Of a DNA stretch of 64,000 nucleotides, positions 42,323 through 53,228 are shown one piece after another. Positions within the stretch are counted from its first letter, which is position 1; every line of letters begins with the position of its first letter. This stretch comes from Longimicrobiales bacterium (lineage in GTDB: Bacteria; Gemmatimonadota; Gemmatimonadetes; Longimicrobiales; Gaopeijiaceae): the NCBI GenBank assembly GCA_965238005.1, contig OZ250165.1:2816001-2880000 (forward strand), written 5' to 3'. The notes below the pieces were generated by a model. It had not been told where the DNA came from, made no database searches, and saw only the letters and a program-made list of their open reading frames with translations. The position numbers and the translations under genes were made by a program.

Positions 42323-43552
42323 TTATTGCGACTCCAGCACGACCGTGATCTCGGCCGCGAAGAGCATCGTTCGGTCGTGGTCTCGCGCCGCCCACTTCCG
42401 GAGGGTCGCGACGCTGGGCTCTACACGCCCCTCGAAAGATACTTCACCATTGGTCACGAGGCGGATAGGCCGGCCGAGATCGAATGCGTCGGGCGAGATC
42501 AGCAGTGTGAATCGCGGGACGTGGTAAGCCTCGATGGTGACCGTGTTCCCTTCTCGGAGGGCATCCACCAGTCCGCTGGCCCCGTCGTAAGTGAGGGCCG
42601 CCAACTGACCCCGCTCCTCGTCGCCGGCGATGTGCCCAACCTCGTCGATGACCACCCAGTGGGCCCTGTTGTACCGGTCGGCCTGCTCGGTGGCCCAGAT
42701 GACGCGCTCGGGAAGTGGATCTCTGGGGTGGAGCTCCATGAAGTCCTCGATGTTCTCCAGCTCCTCCGGCCACCAGCTGGTGTTGTGCCCCCCGGGCTTC
42801 GGCTTGAACACGAAATCGACGCCCAGCCTCTCGAAATCCTCGAGGAACGGCTCCATGTAGCGGACGGGGTAGAGCCGGTCCGTCTCCCCGTTCACGATGA
42901 AGAGCGGCTTGTTCACCAGGTTCGCCAGATGCATCATCCCGTCGGCTCCCACCCGAGAGTTCAGGAGCACGCCCGGATAGCCGATGAACGGCAGGAAGCC
43001 GGCCCACGGTGTCGTGTCCCGGAAGCTCAGGAAGTACACGCCCGTGCCTCCGTCGGAGATACCCGTGGCGAAGACGCGGTTCTCGTCCACGTTGTACGTT
43101 TGCTTCAGCTTCGTGAGGATGCCGTTCAGGTTCTCCACCTGGCTCGCATGCCACCACAGCGACTCGCGCGTCGAGAGCGGGATGACCGCGATGTGATCCT
43201 CGCTCGTGACGCGCTCGGTGTTGCGCCACCAACCGCCCCCGGGCCCCGGATCGGGCCGGCCTACGCCCCCGTGCAGGTACACGCTCACCGGATAGCGACG
43301 AGCGGGATCGTAGCTCTCGGGGACGAGAAGGAGATACCGGTGCAGGAGCCCGTCCCGGTTGTTGCGGGTGAGCTCGATGCGCCCCGTGGGGACGTCACTC
43401 TCATACTGGGGTCCGTGTCGCAGCTCTTCGTACACCCGGTCGAAGAGTTTTTCCGACGATTGGGCAGCCAGCCGCAGCGGCATCAGCGCCGACAACCCCC
43501 CGCCCGACAGCGCCACAGCCAGCGGGATCAACGCCAGACGAAATCCCCTCAT
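42323..43552 (-). CDS. Secreted esterase/peptidase (alpha/beta hydrolase)
   Basis: Signal peptide, 'YLHGG', 'TGISDGG', 'GGH'. Confidence 0.8.
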   Translation of the reverse strand: MRGFRLALIPLAVALSGGGLSALMPLRLAAQSSEKLFDRVYEELRHGPQYESDVPTGRIELTRNNRDGLLHRYLLLVPESYDPARRYPVSVYLHGGVGRPDPGPGGGWWRNTERVTSEDHIAVIPLSTRESLWWHASQVENLNGILTKLKQTYNVDENRVFATGISDGGTGVYFLSFRDTTPWAGFLPFIGYPGVLLNSRVGADGMMHLANLVNKPLFIVNGETDRLYPVRYMEPFLEDFERLGVDFVFKPKPGGHNTSWWPEELENIEDFMELHPRDPLPERVIWATEQADRYNRAHWVVIDEVGHIAGDEERGQLAALTYDGASGLVDALREGNTVTIEAYHVPRFTLLISPDAFDLGRPIRLVTNGEVSFEGRVEPSVATLRKWAARDHDRTMLFAAEITVVLESQ

Positions 43553-43646
43553 ATCCCTCCCCCTCCGCTCGGCTCTGGAGTTCTGTTGATCTTCTTCAAC
43601 AGGCCTCTGGATCGGATCACACTCAATTCGGATCACACTCAATGCA

Positions 43647-43676
43647 GAAGGCCGGGCCGACATCGGCCCGGCCTTC
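43647..43676 (-). terminator. Strong hairpin after 43707-44354
   Basis: GAAGGCCGGGCCGA-CA-TCGGCCCGGCCTTC; weak U-tract. Confidence 0.55.
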
Positions 43677-43706
43677 CTGAAATAGCTTCCCACGATAATC
43701 GCGAGC

Positions 43707-44354
43707 CTACATCCCCCCTTGGAGTGCGAGGTTCTTGATCCGCATGTCCAGGTTGTGGTTCAAGCGGACGCCCCACACCCCGTCGGTGTAGATCTCAGCC
43801 GTCTTCTCACGATGGACCTCCTTGCCGTTCATCTTGAAGATGACGTCCTCGGCTCCGACCTCGACTGACATGTCGTTGGTGGCGTGGCTCGAATCGTCAC
43901 TCTGATGGATTGACGCGTTCGGCGTCCACGGAGCCAGCTCGAAGGTCTCGCTCCCGGTCCTGGTCTTGATGATGTAGTTGCCGTCACCGCGCACCAGGAA
44001 GTACGTGTACACCTGGTTCAGGCCCTGCAGATCGTCACCACCGATGATCAACCCGATGCCGTGAGCGTGGCCCTTGGAGCTGAGCTGCTCGAAGGTGCCC
44101 GACACCGTGTACGCCCCATGGGCCGTGTTCTCGGGCCGATAGAGAACGATGGCGGGACCGACGCTGACGTCGAGTACGCCGCCCTCATCCGTGAACCGGA
44201 CGTTGTCGAAGCTCTGACCTCTGTCGGTCCGACCCATCCAACCCTCGGCCAACTCACCGCCGCCCTCGACCTCCCGGTCGGCGTCCATCGGCTTCTGCGC
44301 TGCCAGAGGCACGGCAAGCAGGAGCGTCACCAGAGCGACAAGACTCGATCGCAT
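43707..44354 (-). CDS. Secreted hypothetical protein (beta-rich)
   Basis: Signal peptide, RBS. Confidence 0.75.
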   Translation of the reverse strand: MRSSLVALVTLLLAVPLAAQKPMDADREVEGGGELAEGWMGRTDRGQSFDNVRFTDEGGVLDVSVGPAIVLYRPENTAHGAYTVSGTFEQLSSKGHAHGIGLIIGGDDLQGLNQVYTYFLVRGDGNYIIKTRTGSETFELAPWTPNASIHQSDDSSHATNDMSVEVGAEDVIFKMNGKEVHREKTAEIYTDGVWGVRLNHNLDMRIKNLALQGGM

Positions 44355-44542
44355 CGTTTCTACCTCCGTCGATACATGACCCTCAGGTGAAGAACCGGCT
44401 TCTACTATTGGGATAGTTCATTTGATCCCGTGGCGCCGTCCAAAGTGCCGGAGCCGAGCGAGGGGCGCCAGTCCCGCGGAGTGGAGGGCCCTCAGCGGTT
44501 CCATTCGGCCTTGGGTACTTCCACCCGATCTCCGCCCTGAGC

Positions 44543-44989
44543 TCAGGCGGCGACCAGCGCGCCCTTGAGGGCCCGGAGCATGTCCTCCTTCGTTCCCTCC
44601 CCGTCTCCGCGATAGCTCGCCACCGCCGCACTCACGGTGGTTCCGGTCTTGCTGGTGTAGTCGGAGATGGCATCGCGGATACGGTCGGCGAAGATCAAGC
44701 CGCCCTGGACGTTGCACAGGGTCAGAAGACAGATGAACAGATCCTCCCCATAGCGAGCGGCCAGATCGCTCGATCTCGTGACCTCGCGGATGGCCAACCC
44801 CAGCTCGGTTATCTGCTGCTTCGGGTCGGGCTGTTCCTCGGCCCAAGACCCCTCGTCGATCCCGAAGAGAACCAAAGTCATATGCATACCACGGTGTGCG
44901 ATCGGAAAGAGGAAGTCGAAGAGGATCTCGAAGTGCCACTCGCTGGAGAGGCCCGTCGCTTGATCCCTCAGTCGGTCGGAGTCGCGCAC
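44543..44989 (-). CDS. Stand-alone degenerate GGDEF-domain protein
   Basis: 'DQATGL', 'RSSDLAARYGEDLF'; GTG start inferred. Confidence 0.65.
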   Translation of the reverse strand: MRDSDRLRDQATGLSSEWHFEILFDFLFPIAHRGMHMTLVLFGIDEGSWAEEQPDPKQQITELGLAIREVTRSSDLAARYGEDLFICLLTLCNVQGGLIFADRIRDAISDYTSKTGTTVSAAVASYRGDGEGTKEDMLRALKGALVAA

Positions 44990-44993
44990 TTCC

Positions 44994-45530
44994 CTACTCG
45001 CCTCCCGGGGGCCCGTCGGGGTGGGTGCTGCAGTCCGGCGGCATCCGCACCGTGTAGCTGACCAAGACGACCTTCCAGCCCTCCGGGGTCTTGGCGAGCT
45101 GGAAGGCGTCGGTGCCACAGTGGCTGAACTCCAGGCCACGGTAGAAGTCGTAGGGCGCCCACAGCGTCGCCACCGGTCCGTCGATCCGGACCTCGGGATC
45201 CCACATGCGCTCGTACATGGGGCTCGTCACATCCGCCAGGCGAGTCGCGAACTGCTCCCGGGTGGTCCGCTGTGTGGTATCGAATCCGACGGCCGTGAGC
45301 AAGCCCTCCGGGATCATCGAGTCCCGGAAAGCTTCAGGATCGAGAGCCTCCATGGCGTCGAACATGGCCTGGACGGCCTCGATCACCCCACGCTCCTCGT
45401 CGTCCTGGGCCTCGACGCCCGACGCCACGCCCAGAAGGGAGGCCGAAAGGGCGATGAGGACGAGGGACCGCCATAGCGCCCGCGGTAGGCCGGGCCGACC
45501 CACTGGGAGGAGGGTATCGCCTCGCATCAT
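44994..45530 (-). CDS. NTF2/SnoaL-like secreted protein
   Basis: 'ERMWDPEVRIDG', 'WAPYDF', 'SHCGTDAFQL'. Confidence 0.8.
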   Translation of the reverse strand: MMRGDTLLPVGRPGLPRALWRSLVLIALSASLLGVASGVEAQDDEERGVIEAVQAMFDAMEALDPEAFRDSMIPEGLLTAVGFDTTQRTTREQFATRLADVTSPMYERMWDPEVRIDGPVATLWAPYDFYRGLEFSHCGTDAFQLAKTPEGWKVVLVSYTVRMPPDCSTHPDGPPGGE

Positions 45531-46954
45531 CAGTTGATTCCTACGCGCCCCTTCACCTCGTCGAGGAGCGTGCGTGAGTCGTAGCCCACCCCGTCCTTGA
45601 ATACGGTAACTGTGTTCCGGATGATGGACGGGTCACCCGTGAAGTCCCCCCGCAGGAGCACCATGTCGGCGATCTTGCCCACCTCGATGCTGCCGAGCTC
45701 GTCATCCACGCCCAGGATCTTAGCGCCATTCAGGCTGGCGATTCGGATGGCCTGGGAGAAGGTGAACTCGGCCTCGACCAGGAGCTCGACACCCCGCTGG
45801 TCCCCATATCCGGGTAACGCTCCACCCCGGCCCGTGGGGTCCACGCCGGCGGCTAGGAGCCCACCCATCTCGACGAACCGCACTTCGTACGCCATGGCGT
45901 TCCTCAGGAGGTCGACGGTGAGCCGCGGATTGGGGTCGTTGTCGATGCGCTCACGGTCGGCCAGATAGGCCGCACGGACGTCCGGCGACATGGCCTCCAG
46001 CGCCCTGGGGTCCTTGGTGGGACGGTTCGGGTACGAGAGCTCGTAGACCGGAAGCGTCGATGTCATGGCCACACCGGCGTCGATCATCTTCGTGAACGTG
46101 GCCTCCACCTCGGGGCCCCTCACGTCGACGTTGAGGGCCACCATGCTGTTGTTCGGCGGGCACCGGTCGGGCTCCTTGTCCGGGTTGAAGTCCGAGTTGG
46201 TGGAGAGCCCGTGCTCGATATTGTCGATTCCCAGCTCAACGGCCTCGCTGTGGCTGATCGAGCAGATATGGCCGGTCACCTTCATTCCCCGCTTGTGGGC
46301 CTCGTCGATGACAGCCGCCATCTCGGCCCGGCGGATGTTCGTGTAGGCTTTCAGCCACGTGGCACCCTCCTCACCCCAGTAGGCCACGAAGCGGCGTGCC
46401 TGCTCGGGCGAGTTGAGGAGGGTCATCTGAGTGTTGCCCTCACCTCCCGTGATGTAGGGCGCCGTGATGTGAATCCGGGGGCCCGGAATGCGCCCGTTGT
46501 CGATCTCCGCCTTTAGATTGATCTCGGCGTAGGGCGCCCGGCTTCCCGTGGTCCGGACCGTGGTCACGCCGCCTCCCAGGTAGAGGCGGGGCCCCGTGAA
46601 CGTCATCTGCGCACTTCGTCCACCGGCCGCCATATAGAACATGTGATCGTGGAGGCCGAAGAGGCCGGGGATGAGCGTGTGGCCCGAGTAGGTGAGGACG
46701 TCCGCGTCCTGGGGGATGTCCACGTTCGTCCCGATCTGGGTGATGCGTCCCTCTTCGACGACCACCGAGACTCCACGCTGTGGCGGTCCCCCCGTCCCGT
46801 CCACGAGCGTGAGGTTCCGGAGAACGAATGCGGGGGCGGATACGGTCACGTAGCGGTCCCGCACCTGGCTCGATAGCTCGGTGGCGAGCTGTGCAGCCAC
46901 CGACATCGGGAGAGCCACGGCGAGGCCTGCGAAGAGGAAAAGCATGCGTCTCAT
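45530..46954 (-). CDS. Amidohydrolase, paralog 1
   Basis: 'PGLFGLHDH', 'GVTTVRT', 'IEHG', 'GSIEVGKIAD'. Confidence 0.92.
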   Translation of the reverse strand: MRRMLFLFAGLAVALPMSVAAQLATELSSQVRDRYVTVSAPAFVLRNLTLVDGTGGPPQRGVSVVVEEGRITQIGTNVDIPQDADVLTYSGHTLIPGLFGLHDHMFYMAAGGRSAQMTFTGPRLYLGGGVTTVRTTGSRAPYAEINLKAEIDNGRIPGPRIHITAPYITGGEGNTQMTLLNSPEQARRFVAYWGEEGATWLKAYTNIRRAEMAAVIDEAHKRGMKVTGHICSISHSEAVELGIDNIEHGLSTNSDFNPDKEPDRCPPNNSMVALNVDVRGPEVEATFTKMIDAGVAMTSTLPVYELSYPNRPTKDPRALEAMSPDVRAAYLADRERIDNDPNPRLTVDLLRNAMAYEVRFVEMGGLLAAGVDPTGRGGALPGYGDQRGVELLVEAEFTFSQAIRIASLNGAKILGVDDELGSIEVGKIADMVLLRGDFTGDPSIIRNTVTVFKDGVGYDSRTLLDEVKGRVGIN

Positions 46955-47067
46955 CGTACTACTCCTTCGAAGCGCCCCCACGCCGGGGGTGTCCAATGAA
47001 TCGTGGAGGCCCTCATCATACCGGCCTCGGCGTGCTCCACAACATGACGGCGCATCGGATCCGCGCG

Positions 47068-48501
47068 TCAGTTGATTCCGACCCGGCCCTTCACTTCCTC
47101 GAGGAGGGTGCGCGAGTCGTACCCGACGCCGTCCTTGAAGACCAGGACCGTGTTCCTGATGACGGACGGATCGCCGGACAGGTCTCCGCGAAGGAGCACC
47201 ATGTCGGCGATCTTCCCCACCTCGATGCTCCCCAGGTCCTCGTCCACGCCTAGGATCTTCGCACCATTCAGGCTCGCGATCTGGATGGCCTGGGCGAAGC
47301 TGAACTCGGCTTCCGTCAGGAGCTCGATGCCGCGCTGGTCGCCATAGCCCGGCAGGGCTCCTCCGTTGCCCGTCGGATCCACTCCGGCCGCCAACAAGCC
47401 GCCCATCTCCACGAATCGGACCTCGTACGCCATGGCGTTCTTGAACATCTCGAGCGTGAGGAACGGGTTGGGAGCGCCGTCGATTCTGTCGCGTTCGGCC
47501 AGGTAAGCTTCACGCACCCCGTGCGACATGGCCTCCAGCGAACGCGCATCTTTGATGGGTCGGTTCGGGACGAAGAGCTCCCAGTAGGGAAGCGTCGACG
47601 TCATGGCTACACTCTGGTCGATCATCTTCCGGAACGTGGCCTCCACCTCGGGGCCCCGCACGTCGACCCGGCCCGCCACCGCCTCGTTGCCCATGGGGCA
47701 CCGGTCTTTCACCTTGGCCGGATTGTAGTCGGTGTTGGTGAGGAGGCCGTGCTCGACGTTGTCGATGCCGAGGTCGGCGGCCTCGGTGAAGGAGAGGGAG
47801 CAGAGGTGTCCCGTGACCTTCATGCCGGCCCGGTGCGCTTCGTCGACGGCGGCAATGAACTCGGAACGCCCGATGTTCGTGTACGCCTTGATCCAGGTGG
47901 CGCCTTCTTCGCCCCAGTAGGCAACGAACCGGCGGGCCTGCTCGGGAGAGTGCAGGAGGGTCATGTCCGGGAACTCGGGGTCGGTCCGCCCGCTCGTGAT
48001 GTACGGCGCCGTGATGTGCATACGGGGACCCGGCATCCGTCCCTCGTCGATCTCCGCCTTGATGTTGATCTCGGCGTATGGGGCGACGCTCCCGGTGGTC
48101 CGGATCGTCGTCACGCCCCCACCCAGGTAGAGTCGCGGGCCAGAGAAGGCGAGGGGAGCCACGCGGCCGCCCGCTGCCGTGTAGAACATGTGATCGTGGA
48201 GGCCGACCAGGCCGGGGATGAGCGTGTGACCCGAGTACGTGAGGATGTCCGCATCCTGGGGAATATCGACGTTCGTGCCCACCTGGGTTATGCGGCCATC
48301 TTCGACTACCACCGACACGCCCCGCTGCGGCTCCGCCCCCGTTCCGTCTACCAGGGTGACGTTCCGGAGGACAAAGGCGGGCGCCGAAACGACCACGTAA
48401 CGGTTTCGGACCTGACTCGTGAGCTCCGTGGCCAGCTGGCCCGCGGCGAATGCGGGGGACGCCATCGCGACGCCCGCGAGGAGGAGGATGGTGCGGCTCA
48501 T
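47068..48501 (-). CDS. Amidohydrolase, paralog 2
   Basis: Same motifs; tandem paralog. Confidence 0.92.
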   Translation of the reverse strand: MSRTILLLAGVAMASPAFAAGQLATELTSQVRNRYVVVSAPAFVLRNVTLVDGTGAEPQRGVSVVVEDGRITQVGTNVDIPQDADILTYSGHTLIPGLVGLHDHMFYTAAGGRVAPLAFSGPRLYLGGGVTTIRTTGSVAPYAEINIKAEIDEGRMPGPRMHITAPYITSGRTDPEFPDMTLLHSPEQARRFVAYWGEEGATWIKAYTNIGRSEFIAAVDEAHRAGMKVTGHLCSLSFTEAADLGIDNVEHGLLTNTDYNPAKVKDRCPMGNEAVAGRVDVRGPEVEATFRKMIDQSVAMTSTLPYWELFVPNRPIKDARSLEAMSHGVREAYLAERDRIDGAPNPFLTLEMFKNAMAYEVRFVEMGGLLAAGVDPTGNGGALPGYGDQRGIELLTEAEFSFAQAIQIASLNGAKILGVDEDLGSIEVGKIADMVLLRGDLSGDPSVIRNTVLVFKDGVGYDSRTLLEEVKGRVGIN

Positions 48502-48673
48502 GGTGCTACTCCTTCGAAGCGCCCCCACGCCGGGGGTGTCCAATGAATCGTGAAGGCCCTCATCATACCGGCTTCGGCGTGCTCCGCAACATGACGGCGC
48601 ATTCGCTCAGACCCGTCACCCAACCGCCCCACGGCCCCCCTCAAGGCACCGACGAGGACCGCTTATCCGCACC

Positions 48674-49633
48674 CTACCCGCCCACCTCGCCCTCACGGCT
48701 CACCGGAGTGATCTGGTGGAGGCGGCGCGGCTCGAGCTGGAAGGTCACATGCTCGATGCCGCGCTCCCCCATCCGCTCCCGGATCTCGTCCAGCACTCCC
48801 TGGTGGTGAGCGGGGTCCTGGAGGACGGCGTGCCCGCTCAGCGCCACGAACCCGCTCGTGAGGGTCCAGACGTGCAGGTCATGCACGTCGTCCAGGTGCG
48901 GGATGGCGTTCAGCTCCTTGAGGACCGCCGTCATGTCCACGTGCCGGGGCGCCATCTCCAGGAGGACCTCGGTGGCCTCCCTCACGAGCCGCCAGGCCCC
49001 AAAGAGGATCAGCCCTGCGATGACCACCGACACCAGCGGATCGGCGGGACTCCACCCCGTGAGGAGGATGATGGCACCGGCACCGATGGCTCCCACGGAC
49101 CCGAGAAGGTCACCGAGGACGTGCAGGTACGCTCCGCGAACGTTGAGATTGTCGCCGGCGTGCTCTTTCAGGAGGCTGGCGCCCACCAGGTTCACCACGA
49201 GGCCGAGGACGGCTACGGCCATCATCAGGGGCCCGTCCACCTCTTGAGGCGCCCGCAGTCGCTCCCAAGCCTCCCAGGCGATCCACACGCTGACCCCCAG
49301 GAGGACCGCTCCGTTGACCAGGGCCGCCAGGATCTCCAGGCGGACGTAGCCGAACGTGCGCTCCGGACTCGGCGGACGCATCGCCAGGCGCATGGCCATG
49401 AGCGACAAGGCCAGCGCCAGCACGTCGGTGAGCATGTGGCCGGCGTCGGCCAGGAGGGCCAGGGAGTTCGCCAGCACGCCGCCGACCACCTCTGCCACCA
49501 TGAACGCGCCGGTGATGAGGAGCACGATCCACAGGCGGCTCGCTTGAGAGCGCCGATCCAGGCCGCCGTTCCCGACGTCGTGCCTGTGGGCGCCGAAGGC
49601 GTGACGGTACGAGGATCCGTGAACGTGACGCAT
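48674..49633 (-). CDS. Cation diffusion facilitator (CzcD/ZitB-like)
   Basis: 'SLALLADAGHMLTD', 'YLHVLGD', 'HDLHVW'. Confidence 0.93.
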   Translation of the reverse strand: MRHVHGSSYRHAFGAHRHDVGNGGLDRRSQASRLWIVLLITGAFMVAEVVGGVLANSLALLADAGHMLTDVLALALSLMAMRLAMRPPSPERTFGYVRLEILAALVNGAVLLGVSVWIAWEAWERLRAPQEVDGPLMMAVAVLGLVVNLVGASLLKEHAGDNLNVRGAYLHVLGDLLGSVGAIGAGAIILLTGWSPADPLVSVVIAGLILFGAWRLVREATEVLLEMAPRHVDMTAVLKELNAIPHLDDVHDLHVWTLTSGFVALSGHAVLQDPAHHQGVLDEIRERMGERGIEHVTFQLEPRRLHQITPVSREGEVGG

Positions 49634-49818
49634 CGTCTAGTGTTCCGTTTCCGAAGTTCGCGAGCCACCAAGAGGGTCGGCGCGCCGTGGGATCAAGGCG
49701 GGATGACGCGGCGTAGCGCAAGCGGGCACCGCGCGTAGCGTGGTCGCAAGGAGTCCCAACGCCGAGCCCACGGATGCACCGTGCCCTCGACTGGCCGAGA
49801 CACTTTGGTAACGGGACA

Positions 49819-50172
49819 CTAGCTCGCCACCGCCGCTACGGGTGACTGCTCTGGAAGAGCGGAGGGCGGGCCCATGCCCAGGAGCGCCCGCTTCAGGAGA
49901 ATGGGGCCGCCCAGGATGTTGCCGATTATGAACCCTGCGGCCACACCGGTGAGCAGGAGCTCCACCTGAAGCCGCGCGGCCACCACCACGACCAGATAGG
50001 CGAAGAGGAACGTTGCCACGGGCGGCCGGTGGCGGTCCTTGTCGTCGCCCAGGGAAATGGAGAACACCCAGCCAAGGACGGCCCCGACCAAGAGCGCCCC
50101 GGTGGCGGCGAAGGCCACGAACGTGATCCCGAAGAGCAGGAGCAGCGTCAGGGAGAGACCGATGATTCTCAC
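49819..50172 (-). CDS. Small membrane protein
   Basis: Several hydrophobic helices. Confidence 0.6.
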   Translation of the reverse strand: MRIIGLSLTLLLLFGITFVAFAATGALLVGAVLGWVFSISLGDDKDRHRPPVATFLFAYLVVVVAARLQVELLLTGVAAGFIIGNILGGPILLKRALLGMGPPSALPEQSPVAAVAS

Positions 50173-50309
50173 GAAGAACGGTTATTGGCGAACGGTCGAC
50201 GAATGGACGTGCGCGGGGGGCTTGCGCGTGAACTCGGCTCGCCCTCTCGTGTCGGTCAACTTACATCGGAGCCCACGAGAGTGCAGCCATCACCACCGAG
50301 TCACGACGC

Positions 50310-50660
50310 ATGACGCCCTTCACTCGACGCGTCTACGCGGTCGTGGCGGCCATCCCACCAGGCCGCATTCTCTCGTATGGCGACGTCGCGGCCATGGCCG
50401 GTCGACCTCGGGCTCCCAGGGCCGTGGGCGGAGCGCTGTCGGCTCTCCCCGACGACCAGGACGTCCCGTGGTGGCGGGTCGTGAGCAGCACCGGGAGGAT
50501 CTCGACGTCTTCTATCCACCATATCGCCCAGGTCCAACGCGCTCTCCTGAAAGATGAGGGGGTGGTCTTCAGCGCCGGTGGACGGATCGACTGGGACCGG
50601 TTCGGGTGGTCCGCGGAGGATGACGTGGTCGACAAGATTCTGGAGGAGGTCGACTCTTGA
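50310..50660 (+). CDS. Alkyltransferase-like (ATL/MGMT family) protein
   Basis: 'SYGDVA', 'RAVG', 'PWWRV' (Trp in place of catalytic Cys). Confidence 0.9.
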   Translation: MTPFTRRVYAVVAAIPPGRILSYGDVAAMAGRPRAPRAVGGALSALPDDQDVPWWRVVSSTGRISTSSIHHIAQVQRALLKDEGVVFSAGGRIDWDRFGWSAEDDVVDKILEEVDS

Positions 50661-51961
50661 ACCAGCTCGCCACCGCCCTCGGCCTGATCCTGGGCCTCCT
50701 CGTCGGACTCGTTGCCGCCGCCACCGACATCGGAGTCCTGGACCGGTTCGCGGAGGGCGTCGCCCCTCTGGGCACCCTGTTCATCAACGCGATTCGGATG
50801 GTGGTGATCCCCCTGGTGGTCACCACGATCTTCGTGGGCGTGGCCCGGCTCGGGAATCCGAAGACGGTGGGCAAGCTGGGTGGCTCGGCTCTGGGCTTCT
50901 TCTGGGGCACCACGGTCCCCGCCATCGTCATCGGCGTGGTCTTCATGAAGATCACGCTGGGGATCTGGCCGGCTACGGTCCAGGTCGCCGCAACAGGAGA
51001 GGCGCCCCCCGAGATTCCCGGCCTCCTCGACTTCTTCCTGCGACTGATTCCAGCCAACCCGTTCGCTGCCGCGTCCGACGGCGCCCTGCTCCCGCTCATC
51101 GTCTTCACCCTCCTCGTGGCCGCGGCCGCAGGGGCCCTCGCCGAGGACCCGCGCCGGCGCTTGATCACCCTGGCCGAGGACATCAGCGCGATGTTCGTGA
51201 AACTCATCGACTGGATCTTGTGGACGGCCCCCGTCGGTGTGTTCGGGCTCACGGCGCCGGTCATGGCTCGCATGGGCCTGGGACTCCTGGCGAGCCTGGC
51301 CGTATTCGTGGCCACAGTCGTCGTGGGCCTCTTCGTTTTCATCGCCCTCTTCTACCTGCCGCTGGTGCGCTTCCTGGGTAGGAGGGGAGTGGGCGAGTTC
51401 ATCCGGGGCGTCGTCGGGACGTATACCATCGGCTTCTCGACCACGAGCTCGGTCGCGTCCCTCCCGGTCATGTTCGAGGACGCCGACAACCTCGACGTCT
51501 CGCCTCCCGTCGCGTCGCTGGTGCTCTCCCTGGGCGCGGCCATCAACCGCGCCGGCAGCGCGCTGTTCCAGGCAGCCGCCGTGGTCTTCTTGGCCGCCCT
51601 CTCCGGTGTTTCGCTTTCCGCCACCGCCATCGTCAGCGCCGGGATCGTGGGCTTCCTGGTGGCCATGTCCGTGGCCCCCGTCCCCTCGGCGAGCATCGTG
51701 ACCCTGGCGCCCATCCTCGAGGCGGCGGGCGTGCCCCTGACCGGAATCGGGATCCTCCTGGGGATCGACCGCATCCCGGACATGTTCAGGAGCGCCACGA
51801 ACACCACGGGTCACGTGGCGTGCGCCGTGGTGGTGGAGGAGCTCGTGGGCGGCGAGGTGACGGCTGCGGATCAGGCCGCGGCGGATCGCATCACGGGGGG
51901 TGGTACTCTGGTGTCGACGGGGGAGCCGGGGGAGCCGGGGGAGCCGGGGGAGCCGGCCTAG
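50657..51961 (+). CDS. Dicarboxylate/amino acid:cation symporter
   Basis: 'FSTTSSVASLP', 'IDRIPDMFRSATN'. Confidence 0.92.
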   Translation: MNQLATALGLILGLLVGLVAAATDIGVLDRFAEGVAPLGTLFINAIRMVVIPLVVTTIFVGVARLGNPKTVGKLGGSALGFFWGTTVPAIVIGVVFMKITLGIWPATVQVAATGEAPPEIPGLLDFFLRLIPANPFAAASDGALLPLIVFTLLVAAAAGALAEDPRRRLITLAEDISAMFVKLIDWILWTAPVGVFGLTAPVMARMGLGLLASLAVFVATVVVGLFVFIALFYLPLVRFLGRRGVGEFIRGVVGTYTIGFSTTSSVASLPVMFEDADNLDVSPPVASLVLSLGAAINRAGSALFQAAAVVFLAALSGVSLSATAIVSAGIVGFLVAMSVAPVPSASIVTLAPILEAAGVPLTGIGILLGIDRIPDMFRSATNTTGHVACAVVVEELVGGEVTAADQAAADRITGGGTLVSTGEPGEPGEPGEPA

Positions 51962-52230
51962 GAGCCTGTCCTAGTGAAGGGGGTGCGGCCTCCTAGACCA
52001 TCAGTCCGGATTTCAGCAACGCCGTCGGCGTCCGTGCCGGAATGGGAGACCGCTGGTAATCACGGGTGTTCCGGGTGGCAATCAGAGAGGCTTGCCTTGC
52101 GGAAAAGCCTGTGTGCACCCGTCACTCCCTTCACATCAGCAGCAAGGGTTCTCGACCCCGACCCCTGCCACCGGCTATTGTGGCAAGACGTCAATCGTAT
52201 GTTCCATGTCCGTGGCGCGTGAGACTCTCT

Positions 52231-53109
52231 ATGCAAGTGGATCGAACCATCCTGTTCGCTGACATATGTGGCAGCACTCGGCTGATTGAGGCCCTTGGAG
52301 ACGATCGAGGTTGGCAGGTCATAGGGGGTGTCCTGGAGGAGCTCGAGCAAGTAACGGCGGACCTTCGGGGAACGGTGATCAAGACCATCGGGGACGAGAT
52401 ACTGGCGGCCTTCGAGTCACCCTTCGACGCTATCGCTGCCGCCGTCGATATGCAGCGGGCAGTGCAGGAGCGTACGGCGCCCCACGGTCATCCGATCGAG
52501 ATCCAGATCGGAATACACGCGGGTCCGGTGCTGTTCGAAGCCGGGGACGTTTTCGGGGACGTGGTCAACGTCGCCGCACGCGTGACAACGATCTCCGCGG
52601 CCGGGCAGGTGCTCACGACGTTGCACACGCTGGAGCAGACACACGGTACGGACATCCCCTGTCGGAGCCTTGGTGAGCACGGCGTGAGGGGGCGAGAAGA
52701 GCGGCTGCACCTCTACGAGGTTCTTTGGCGGGAGGAAACCGCGCAACTGACCACGGTTGCCCCCAAGATAGACAAGGACTGGGTGGATCGGGTCGAGCTA
52801 CGCGTCGGAGACCAGGTCCAGTTGATGTCGAGCGGGTCGGTCGAGTCCCTGTCTCTGGGTCGCGGGACCCGGAACGCCCTCGTCGTTCCGGACACGGGGG
52901 CGTCTCGTGCCCACGCCATGATCACGGCACGTAGTGGCCGGTTCTACCTGGCCGACCAGAGCACGAACGGCACATACGTGCTGCCCGACGGTGGGACCGA
53001 GATCTTCATTCACCGCGACGAGGTCCTCCTCCAGGGCACCGGTACTATTCGCCTGGGTGGTGCCTTCTCGGAGACCGGGCCTGTCGACATCGAATACAAG
53101 ATTATCTAG
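52231..53109 (+). CDS. Adenylate/guanylate cyclase with FHA domain
   Basis: 'FADICGST', 'KTIGD', 'GDVVNVAAR'; 'LGRG', 'SRAHA', 'STNGT'. Confidence 0.92.
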   Translation: MQVDRTILFADICGSTRLIEALGDDRGWQVIGGVLEELEQVTADLRGTVIKTIGDEILAAFESPFDAIAAAVDMQRAVQERTAPHGHPIEIQIGIHAGPVLFEAGDVFGDVVNVAARVTTISAAGQVLTTLHTLEQTHGTDIPCRSLGEHGVRGREERLHLYEVLWREETAQLTTVAPKIDKDWVDRVELRVGDQVQLMSSGSVESLSLGRGTRNALVVPDTGASRAHAMITARSGRFYLADQSTNGTYVLPDGGTEIFIHRDEVLLQGTGTIRLGGAFSETGPVDIEYKII

Positions 53110-53228
53110 TGGTGAATCCGGCCACGCCCAATGAAGGCGTCGCCACCAGTATGGCTACCGGTTTCTCTACCGAGGATCATTGGCCGATCCTGCGGCGCCC
53201 CATGCCCCGGTCGCCATGCGAAACCGAT

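Noticed and set aside
51919..51957. (GGGGAGCCG)x4 tandem repeat
   Set aside because: In-frame GEP tail of the symporter; length change would not shift frame
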